The notes beneath the pieces are model-generated. The model was given only the letters and a program-made list of their open reading frames with translations. It was not told the origin of the DNA and did not search any database. From positions 868,001-932,000 of the forward strand of contig CM022678.1 of NCBI GenBank assembly GCA_012295275.1: a DNA stretch of 64,000 nt, given 5' to 3'. A program made the translations under genes and the position numbers. This stretch comes from Chrysomallon squamiferum. Taxonomy: Eukaryota > Animalia > Mollusca. Positions 12,567 through 24,200 of the stretch are shown piece after piece (position 1 is the stretch's first letter; each line of letters begins with the position of its first letter).

Positions 12567-13111
12567 GTCTACCAGCTCCTTGTCCTAGCGACCATGTTCA
12601 CAGGTAAGATATGTAATCATGTATGAACGTATGCATGTGTGTGTGTGTACCACTGATAAGTAATTAAAATAAGTAACACTGGTCCGTGTTTTAAAGTTAC
12701 AAAAATAACTATATTATAACTGTGTCTCTGCTATCATCGTTAACGTTAATATGTTGTGGTTTCATTGTTGATAATGTATTTTAACTTACTTAGTTTTGCA
12801 GGCCAACACCTGTTTTTTTAACTGTCAAACAGAATTTATTTCACTGCTTCATAATTTCGAGGCGAACGCATTTTGTAGGTAGGAGACATGTTCGAAATAT
12901 GTTAGAATTTATTAACATGAAAAGGATTTTATTCGACAATATTAAAATTAGTATTTTTTCTTTTTTAACATACTATTTTTATAATTACACACTTAAAACT
13001 TTTAATTATATTTCCCTAAACGTACATTCTGAACTTGGTTAAATAGAACTATAAAAAGTTGGGTTTTTTTTTTTTCCCGGTTTTATCCATTTATGCATAC
13101 TTTTGATGATC

Positions 13112-13151
<40 letters not shown>

Positions 13152-13810
13152 CAGTGATAAATAAATAAACACATAATCGAACGTAAATAGATGGTTAAAT
13201 TAAATATCTCCGATTTTATTAAAAATAATTATGATGTACATTCATTTTAATGATGTTAATCGTATAAAAGTTTTATGTACAGAAAGTGTATTTTAACATA
13301 CCATACAGGTAATGCTGCAGGTAACAAAATAGTTTTGTTGAAAACGACTGCAGTCTGAACTACAAGCACAACAGTTACTCAGACATAAGACTTCGGAAAT
13401 CAAGGGGAGGTAATTATATTTTTAATGATACATTCACTTTTATATTGAACTTATTATAATAATCACATAACGAAATTAAAATTAATAAGTAACGTAACTT
13501 TATTCTTCTTTATTCTACGGGTATTTTCCTGAGTTAAATACTTTGAAGAAATGCATATAATAAACATTTGACACGCAATAAAAAAAGTTTAGAATTTCGT
13601 ATACCTGTGCCAGTCAGAGGGTATAAAAATTATTATTTTTTTATTTATTTATCCATAATCACCTCAACAATATTATTATTATGAACAGTGTGTTATTATT
13701 TTAATTGAAGTCTCCTTCTTTAATGATGTACTAAAAATGGGATTTTACAGAATATTTGGCTTTTCAGAAGAGTGATAAATTTAATGACTTTTATTAAAAT
13801 TAATTTTATT
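12567..13810 (+). pseudogene. Truncated, internally deleted duplicate of the secreted Cys-rich gene region
   Basis: 12567-13100 matches 16275-16812 (exon 1 without its ATG, plus exon 2), and 13105-13810 matches 19345-19985. Exons 3 onward are absent. Confidence 0.8.
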
Positions 13811-14964
13811 TTTGTGGGGGTTGATCTGAAAAACAAACAAAAAACGAGTTCCTAGAACAAAATGCACTTAGACAGTCAAGATTAACAAGAATGATCTTTA
13901 ATTCAGCTGTAATAGGATATCTAAAATAAACTAATTAAAAAATCTGTGTATGTTAAAATATTTATGCAGTAACATTGTCAGGAAATGTATATAGAATTTA
14001 GTGTGAGCTGTGAAAACAAATTATACAACTAAGTAAACAATGTCCGGTCTGTCTTACTGAATGTATGTAATTACTTAGTAGAATGAATTGAAATTTACGG
14101 TCAAAAGAAGCAAATGTTAAAGTCTGAAACTGATTAAAATTCTCAGCACAGCGATCACAAATTATCTCCCTTGAAATCGCTAATATCAACTTCCTCGAAC
14201 AAAAACTATTATTACTTTTTAACAAGAGGAGATATCATAACAATATTATTATTTATTTATTTTATTTTATTTTATTTTTTAAATTCATGCAACGCTTCAT
14301 TCTATTATTATTAAGGTAATCTCTTAAACTTTCCTTCGCAATCCAATTCCATCCACTTGCTTAGTGAGAACACTGATCCATGTCAAAGTTCACTTCTGAA
14401 CAACGAGCAACGCTTTTCAGAAAGCGCGGAAATTGTTCTTTTCGAGAATTATGCTTGATTGGGAATTTTTTGTGGAAAGAAAGAAAATTTTCAGTTCAAA
14501 CACCTGTCTTTTAAAATTTCAAATCAAAGTTTTGTTCGATTTATTAGAGGAAAATATCATTTCTATGCTCTTCAATATGAGATTAATTTTAGCCTTTTTA
14601 ACGTGAATGGGGAAAAAGCCGGGTGGCAGGAAAGAAACCACGTGTATTTCCGACAGATACAGAGGCATGTCACGTGAAAGGGAATAATTCTTCAAAAATG
14701 AATTAAGAATCACTCACTTTAATCCGAACAAAAAGAAAGTGGGCTTTAGAAAAGGGAAATGTTACTCTTTGTTGTGTTGTACATCGCATGCTCCTCTGAA
14801 CAAAAGCTTATCTGTGCCGAGCCGGGAAAAAAAAAAAAAAATTTCAACTGCGCAGTGCGGACGACAAAGAACAAAATGCATGCTTGTGTCCGAGGGTAAA
14901 TTTCAAAATGTAAAAACTGGTAAAACATTATTTTAATGGCTTCTGAATATTACAATTAATAATT

Positions 14965-15021
14965 TTAATAATGATAATAATAATAATAATAATAACAATA
15001 ATAATAATAATAATAATAATA

Positions 15022-15095
<74 letters not shown>

Positions 15096-15110
15096 CATCA
15101 TCATAATAAT
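14965..15110. repeat. (AAT)n/(ATT)n inverted microsatellite
   Basis: Directly visible. Confidence 0.9.
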
Positions 15111-16268
15111 AAGTCAGTTCAAACAGACATAGTTTATCGAAATATGTAATGCAGTTTCTGTTCAAATATTCTGAAATATTTCTAAAAATGAAAACATATT
15201 TCTGTAATAATTTTGTATAGATAATTCATACTTCAATCTCTATTCAATGTATTGTGAAAATTTTAGTATATTGTTTTATTAGTACTGAATTCTGAAAACT
15301 GTTGAAATTGACATATTATGTGAACAGTTTAATATCAAAAGATAATGTTATAAATTAATTACATTGTTGTATATTTTGTATTTTCTCTGGCATAATTATC
15401 TATATCTATAGCTGAGATGTAAAGTGAATGAAATGTGTACATTTTGAAATACTTGTTTTGTTTTACAAAATTAAAGTGGTAAGTGTGTGCGTGTGCGTGT
15501 GTGTGCGTGTAGTAGACTTGTCTCTTCAAGCAGGTGGCAAAGTTTTCCTCAAAGATCCATGATTTGCTTCTTCACCTGGCTTGTCTTGGTTTCTGATTTG
15601 CGTAGCTTTCAGCAAACTCTATCAGGATGTTGTTTACTGGTTATTATTTTCTAACATCATCACTAACGTGTTCATTTTCAGTCGTCGTTTAAACCCTTAT
15701 TCGTTTTCCATTTAAAACGATAACTTTATTATGAGTCATTCTTTTTTTTATAACATGCTAACTCAGTAGTTACAAACTGTGTATTCTGCTTCACTTGCTT
15801 GCATAGCCTGCATGATTCAGCTGAGATTATACACTGTAAGTGTACAGTTTTCAACACAATCTTGTTCACTTTTTCTATTTGAAAATTAATGTAGTTAGGG
15901 AAGCCACTATACTACAGTTACGAACAATGCACATATTGTGGAGGTACAACAAATGGTTATGGTAATGTATGTATGTATGTATGTATGCATGCATGTATGT
16001 ATGTATGCATGTATTTTGAATATATGTTTGTATTTATGTTTGTATGTATGTTTGTATGTATTTTGTTTCGCTCTATTTAATTTATTTTTAAGAGCACAGT
16101 TGCTTACATCTTTCTTGTCATTTAAAATGAACGGTGCATTAAGCATTCATAATAAATCTCTGTAAGAAGAGAATTCAATAAACGCACACACAGTTATTGT
16201 TAAACAAATAATAAAAATAAAACTGAATATTTTATTACGTAGATATATTTAGTGTTGGAGCTGACAAC

Positions 16269-18077
16269 ATGGCTGTCTACCAGCTCCTTGTCCTAGCGAC
16301 CGTGTTCACAGGTAAAATATGTAATCATGTATGAACGTATGTACGTGTGTGTGTGTACCACTGATAAGTAATTAAAATAAGTAACACTGGTCTGTGTTTT
16401 AAAGTTACAAAAATAACTATATTATAACTGTGTCTCTGCTATCTTCGTTACCGTTAATATGTTGTGGTTTCATTGTTGATAATGTATTTTAACTTACTTA
16501 GTTTTGCAGGCCAACAGCTGTTTTTTGAACTGTCAAACAGAATTTATTTCACTGATTCGTAATTTCGACGCGAACGCATTTTGTAGGTAGGAGACATGTT
16601 CGAAATATATTAGTATTTATTAACATGAAAAGGATTTAATTTGTCAATATTAAAATTAGTTTTTTTTTTTTTTTTAATATTCTATTTTGATAATTACACA
16701 CTTAAAACTTTTAATTATATTTCCCTAAACGTACATTCTGAACTTGGTTAAATAGAGCTATAAAAAGTTGGGTTTTTTCTTTGTTCCCTGTTTTATCCAT
16801 ATATGCATATTATTTTCCTACTTCCTTTACACGATGTACAACAGCCGTGTATTTTTCATAATATGATTCGTTGTAACCACGTGTTCAAATTATGTTTGAT
16901 TTTTCACTTTCTTAAATGTCAGTGGGTTTGGTCAAAAGCCTGTGTTAGAATCTACCTTTTGAAATACGTACAAATAAAGCAAAATACACAGAGGTGTGGA
17001 GGAGTAGTGCTTAGTAGAAGCAGTAGTAACAATAATAATATCTACAATAGTGTGGAAGTAGTATGGTAGTAGTAGTAGATGTTATAGTTTATTAATACTA
17101 GTATTACGATTACTGGTTTTAATAATAGTAGTACAGTCGAAGTAGTAAGGCAGTAGTAGTAATACAGTAGTACACGTAGTAGATCGATAGTTGTTGATAA
17201 ATATTATCGGCAAAAATAATTTATGTTTAATGTTGATGTTAACTCAAGATGTAAATCGTAATATTAAGGAAAGGATAAATAAAACTGTCGGGTTCTCAAT
17301 TTCATTGGTGCATATTCCTCCTTACTTTTGTCGTTTAAACTGTTGTACAAATGTGTTGAAGACTAAAATCTAAGTAATTATTATAAAATAAGTAGACTTT
17401 TTAAAAACATTTTTTATCTATTATTATTTTTATTTTGTTTTGTTCCAGCAACTTTCAGCCATCTATAATTTGTCTAGAGAAAACATTATCCTCGTGTTCC
17501 TCTCTTGACCAGCTGAGCGTCTATAAGCTTATCACACTTTACAACATATCGTGTGGTACGTATAGTATGTAACGTACAGCTGTGAATTATATAACGAAAC
17601 TAGTTATTGTTGTATCACGTTGATTGAATGTAAATATTGCTATTGTTGTACAGTATGAATTTGCACGTTTCTGTTTATAAGAAATAACTGAACAATCGTA
17701 GATGAAAGAAAAATAATTTCTATTGTTTCTCTTAGATAAATGTTATTTTGAGCCTAAAGTGAATTTTACAGATCCTGACATCAAACGACAGCTGCTGACC
17801 TGCCCATCATTTCAAACTTGTGTGTTGAATTTCGTGTCCACCTTTTCTAACTCCAATTCAATTTGCAGGTGAATTTTTATATTACATTTATGTATGTACG
17901 CACGTATGTATGTGTTTGTGTGTGTGTCATTGTCTGTGGTGTGTGTTTATGTATGTCATTTACTAACAGTTAAATTTAGTAAATATTTTACAATTTATTC
18001 TGATTTTCATACAGTACTATTACTAAAATTGCTTTTTCAATATGAGTTAACTGTCTATTTTGGGACGTATGTCTGTT

Positions 18078-18108
<31 letters not shown>

Positions 18109-18298
18109 GTCCAATGTCTTCATTATCAGCAAACTGTTCTATCTTCTTGACTGTTTACAAAATACGAAGTGTCTGAATGGGTCACAGGAGGCTAATTACA
18201 TGACGCAAATTTCAGGACTAACAACCGCTCTTCTCAGATACTGTCGTGTAGACCCGAGTAAGTTGAAATAAAGAGAACATAATGTTTATATGTATGTA

Positions 18299-18330
<32 letters not shown>

Positions 18331-18488
18331 ACTTTCTTAGGTCGTTTTGTGTTTCACTTCCACACACACACACACTTTCTCAGCTCGTTTTTTTGTTTCA
18401 CTTCCACACGCACACACACGGAAATACTCTCTGTTTTTTCTCTAGTGATCTGTTTTTCTCTCTCTACTCCTCTATAGCTGCCTTTTGA
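16269..18488 (+). CDS. Small secreted cysteine-rich protein (~156 aa) with two six-Cys repeats; exons 16269-16311, 16502-16586, 17449-17555, 17772-17868, 18130-18257, probable last exon 18478-18488
   Basis: All junctions are GT/AG with consistent phases (1,2,1,2,1). Protein: MAVYQLLVLATVFTVLQANSCFLNCQTEFISLIRNFDANAFCSNFQPSIICLEKTLSSCSSLDQLSVYKLITLYNISCDPDIKRQLLTCPSFQTCVLNFVSTFSNSNSICSKLFYLLDCLQNTKCLNGSQEANYMTQISGLTTALLRYCRVDPTAF*. Hydrophobic signal peptide and 12 Cys. The terminal exon is uncertain. Confidence 0.8.
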
Positions 18489-20439
18489 GAATCTAAATCT
18501 GAAAACAAAGTTATTGTTCCTGATGCAAATTGTGAAACATAATGATTCATTATTTTCTTATATTACTTGTTCCTGTTATTATATTAATTGAATTTAAATA
18601 TACGTTTTATTAAACAAAGACATATGTTTTTGTTTAATTTTTACTGTAGGATTCACCTGAGATCACATTAATATTAAATGTTGTATTTAATTGTAAATAT
18701 ACACATTTTTTACTTTACTAACAGAAAACAAAGATAATGTTTTGTTCAGTTTAATGTACATGCCCTTAGTACGCAAATACTTTACTAGACAAAAACAAAC
18801 GTTTCTGTCTAGTTACAGGTTTTTTAATTGTAGCTATACTTATCCTATTGATAAGTGAACATGTAACTTTTGTTGTAACCTATATTTTCTGACATGTATT
18901 ATTTATTTTTACCCATTTATATTTTGTATAACATGGGTAATTTCAGTTTTTTAATATGTAAGCAAACTAAATTAAATATTATTAAATACATTATTCCTAT
19001 ATTCTTTCTTTATTGATATCACGTATATTAAAAATCAAACAGCAACATTAATTAATTATTAAATATTTAATAGATTAAAACTGTTTGTATTTTATATCTG
19101 TAAACGAATATTAACAACGTTGTAAACATGAAAGACGTGAACAACGTCCAGGTAGGACTCTTTCATTTTTGTCATGACTACATCATCACTACATAGGTAA
19201 TTTTTTAATTTGTTAAATGTCTGCATGCTGCTAAAATACTAATACATTGATGATACATTTTTATTTACTAAATTTAATATATATGAGCAAATATCTTATA
19301 TTTTTTAATTCATTCGTTTATTTTTATATGTGCAATTATTACAATAATAATGATGATGATGACAGTGATAAATAAACACATAATCGAACGTAAATAGATG
19401 GTTAAATTAAATATCTCCGATTTTATTAAAAATAATTATGATGTACATTCATTTTAATGATGTTAATCGTATAAAAGTTTTATGTACAGAACGTGTATTT
19501 TAACATACCATACAGATAATGCTGCAGGTAACAAAATAGTTTTGTTGAAAACAACTGCAGTTACTCAGACATAAGACTTCGGAAATCAAGGGGAGGTAAT
19601 TATATTTTTAATGATACATTCATTTTTATATTGAACTTATTATAATAATCACATAAAGAAATTAAAATTAATAAGTAACGAAACTTTATTCTTCTTTATT
19701 CTACGGTATTTTCCTGAGTTAAATACTATGAAGAAATGCACATAATAAACGTTTGAAACGCAATAAAAAAAAGTTTAGAATTTCGTATACCTGTGCCAGT
19801 CAGAGGATATAAAAGTTATTATTTTTTATTTATTTCTCACCTCAACCTTATTATTATTATGAATAGTTTGTTATCATTTTAATGGAAGTCTCCTTCTTTA
19901 ATGAAGTATCAAAAATGGTTGTGTACACAATATTTTGCTTTTCAGAAGAGTGATAAATTTAAGGACTTTTATTAAAATTAATCTTCATTTTCTTTTTTTT
20001 TTTCTTTTTTTTTTTTTGATCTCACAAATCATGTGGCCTCATGCATGTTAACTCACAAATAAGTTTAAAAATTTAAATTAAATAAGAGTGGAGAGTTTAA
20101 ATAAAGAAAACAAACAATTAATAATAAAGTGTCTTCATTAGATTTCAACAACTGATCGCTAATTTGGTACAACCAAGTTCTGCTGAAAAAGATTTCCAAG
20201 AACAAAAAAAAAAAAAAAAAAAAAAAATAGAAAAAAAAAAAAGAAAAAGAAAAGGAAAAATAAGAAAAAATAAGAAAAAATAAATAGATTTGTTTTACAA
20301 ATCTGCAGTTATTACACAGTTAACTCACAGTGGTTAGAGTTATAACAAGTAACTAGTTACAAATAAAAGAAAAAGAGTTGTCTGTATCACTGGGCTATTT
20401 TCTAATATGCCTCATGGGTTACTTCAGTTTGCCACTGTT

Positions 20440-20820
20440 GTTGTTTTTATCACTGGTACTCCTGGTTGTTGTTATCACTGGTACTCCTGGTTGTTATCAC
20501 TGGTACTACTGGTTGTTATCACTGGTACTACTGGTTGTTTTTATCACTGGTACTACTGGTTGTTGTTATCACTGGTACTCCTGGTTGTTTTTATCACTGG
20601 TACTCCTGGTTGTTTTTATCACTGGTACTCCTGGTTGTTTTTATCACTGGTACTCCTGGTTGTTTTTATCACTGGTACTCCTGGTTGTTTTTATCACTGG
20701 TACTCCTGGTTGTTTTTATCACTGGTACTACTGGTTGTTTTTATCACTGGTACTCCTGGTTGTTTTTATCACTGGTACTCCTGGTTGTTTTTATCACTGG
20801 TACTCCTGGTTGTTTTCACC
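20440..20820. repeat. 25-bp minisatellite CTGGTTGTTTTTATCACTGGTACTC
   Basis: About 15 tandem copies. The unit has no stop on the + strand, so all three frames appear as ORFs. Confidence 0.92.
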
Positions 20821-20935
20821 ACTTGTACTGCTGCTGTTGTCATTGCTGCTTTTTTGTGGAGTCACTCCTAGATACGTAACTAGAGCTGTTTTTAAAGAAA
20901 CAAGAAGTAACAGAACAAAACAAATATGAAATTAA

Positions 20936-20974
<39 letters not shown>

Positions 20975-21251
20975 CTCTGTTGTCATTGCTGCTTTTAGAC
21001 AGATAGAGAAGTATATATAGATATACACACATTTTATGTGTTATTGTATGTCTACCTATTCAGGTAATTTTTTTAAATATGTAATTTCTCAAACTTTTTG
21101 TGTAATTGTGGAAGTCATACAATGTTTGGGGAAAATCGTGAAACCTAAAGTTCTTAAAGATTCCAGAAATAAATAAAATCAGGTAACACTAAAATAGTAC
21201 TGGACAGTATATATCTCAGAAAGAAGTGATGAAATCCAGTTGGAGTAGAAT

Positions 21252-24200
21252 TTATATTTCTCTCAAACTGGAAATAATAGCTCATGAAAAATCCAGTTTA
21301 AGAAACTCTCACCTAGAATGTAGCTGCTACTAAGTTTTATACTTGTTATTATTTATTTATCTGGAACGTAGCTGTTACTATGTTTTATACTTGTTAGTAT
21401 TTATTTATCTGGAACGTAGCTGTTACTATGTTTTATACTGCTTATTATTTATTTACCTGGAATGTAGCTGTTATTTATTATTTATACTTGAGCTGATATT
21501 ATTTATTTATTTATTATTAATAAAGGTGATATTGAGTTTTATGTTATTTATTATTAATATGCTTCAGCTGATATTGAGTTTTATTTTATTTATTATTAAT
21601 ATACTTGAGCTGATATTGAGTTTTATGTTATTTATTATTAATATGCTTGAGCTGATATTGAGTTTTATGTTATTTATTATTAATATGCTTGAGCTGATAT
21701 TGAGTTTTATGTTATTTATTATTTATTTACCTGACTGGACTGATGTTTAATGCAATGTTTTGCAGGCTGGTGTCGGTTGCTGGAATGATGTTTATGGGAG
21801 CTTTGATGGAGGCTTCTAGCCGTGGCCAGAACCAGGGTGTGGTACTCTCCTTGGTGTAGTCACATGTGGAAACCTGGTACAGAAGTTTAGGCACTTCACA
21901 AGGCTCAGTGATTAAAGGAATAATCTTCTTTTCACGTGAACCTAAGAAAAATACACAGCAGAAACATCTGAATGATATTAACCATTAGAAACGTGAATAA
22001 ATTATGCTAAATATGTCCAAGTAATTTAGCAGACGTTAAGGATAAAATGAGTCAGCAGTTTTTGTGAATTTGTTTATTATTATTATTAATATTATTTATT
22101 TTTATACATGTCTATGTTTGCTATATGTAAATTTGTCAGAAAATCAATTATACAGAATATAGTCTGTGGCATATAACGTGCAATAGAAAACTAATTTTGA
22201 TGTCCTGCATTTTTGTTATAAACTTCTGTTTCTCAAAATTCTAACAGATCATTTAAATTTTATATACTGTGTATGTATTGCATACACTGTACACTACAAT
22301 GACAAACTGTGCAAAGGAACTGTAAGAATGTAAACATTATTTTCCATCCTTTACAAATGTATCTGAAAAAACTACAGATATTTAATATTAACAATAATTT
22401 TTGAAAAATGTCAAATTTGTTTCTAGCATCAAAATATTTTTATTATATATTTCTGTAAATATGTCTGCATTAAAATACTGAAGCATGAGCTCAGGTTTTA
22501 TTTTCTGTTTAAAACAACAATAAATATTTTCTTTTTTTCACCTATTTTAACTTACATGGTGATAAGCTGTGGGAAAATTTCAACTGAAATTCACAAATCT
22601 GACTCTTTAGAAAATCTGGTGACAAGATCAGAATAATTCTTCTGCATCTGAAACAAATTTTTAAAAATAAAATTTGTAAGATGAAAGTCCTCACTGAAAG
22701 CAGGTACACCTAAACAAAACCAGATAAAGAATTTCTTGTCACCACATTTCAACTAAATAAGCATGTTCAACTATGAGAAAATAATAATGCAGAATGGATA
22801 AAGTTGATGTATTAAATTTCTCACTAGATTATTGTGATCAGTGGTGTCTTTCCATGTGACATTCCAGCAAAACACTTTAATACTGGATGATCAAACAATT
22901 TCTGAAATTTGATGGACTGCTGATTTTTTTTTAATTCAAGAAGCAGTAGAAATCTACAGTGGTCATGGCAACTCAAGATTGCAAGACGTGATAAAATGGC
23001 CTCTAATATCACCTACATTGACAGGTGAATATGGAATTATGACCAACTGTGTCTGATTTTTTGTTTACCTCTCACTGATTAAATGTGCGTTGGTTGCGTA
23101 TTTGGAGGCTCCTGGTAAGTCATCCCTCCACGGCACACAGAGTTTCAAGCCAACCTCTGCACTTTCTAACTTGGGGATAAGAACATTTGTGACAAACTGG
23201 TAATCTCGCGAATCTGGACTACAGACAGACACGAAGGCATCATAATACTGTTTCTCTCCTGTGATCACTGTAATTGTAGAAATAAAATGTCACAATAATT
23301 TAAAACTTCGATAATTTTTGCTAGTTCACAATCTTGGAGCGACTTGCTAAATGTTGTTTGTAATTTAAAACAAATCTTTGTTATTAGCTTTTAAAATATT
23401 TTCAGTCTGATAGCTAGAGAATTCCACATACCATTCTCTGTACACACTTAAAAATCTGAGATTGTTTACCAGCCAGAGTTAAGTATTTTTCACTTTATGT
23501 AACAGTTTTGGGAGATCATTTTAATATCTGCTTCTCTTCTGCAGGTCAGCTAATTAAGCTACAGAATTGTAGTAAGTATTAAAAAACAAAACTTGCCATC
23601 TCCAACAGTTATAACCTGCATCTCATCAACATCCTCTTCACTGGTAACTGCAAAAACAACACGAATCTATTTAAAACTGTAAAATCTACAACCCTTTCAG
23701 CAGTATAGTTATTTTACATGTGAAAGTAGTGAGTTTGAGGTTTATCCGATTATTATTATTGTATGTTTTCAGTTCAGCAAAATGCTCCAGGACCAAGACT
23801 GCCAGAAAATCTGAAACATTCTTATAATCTCTATGTACTTTGTAAGAAATGTAACACTGAACTGGTGCATACAAATAATTACACATTTAATGTTGTTTTT
23901 TGTATTAATAATTCATAAAAATGCTTCACCAAATTGTCTGAACAGCTGACAGTTTGTTATCCTGGTTTACTTCTGAAAGTGACACTGAGCAGTAAGAATC
24001 TTTTACCACCAGTACAGAAACACATACATGTTGTACAGAAACACATACATGTTGTACAGAAAACATTACCACCATTGCAACAATGTTAGAATCACAGTTA
24101 CCTTAAAAACAATCATTTGATGAGTTTGTTATTACTATAAGTTAACCTTTTTTTATCACTGTTGTTGTTACTTGAATAACAAAAGATAACAAAGAACTTA

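Noticed and set aside
20378-20929. Three overlapping ORFs with a repeating 25-aa peptide
   Set aside because: Artefact of a stop-free 25-bp minisatellite read in all three frames.
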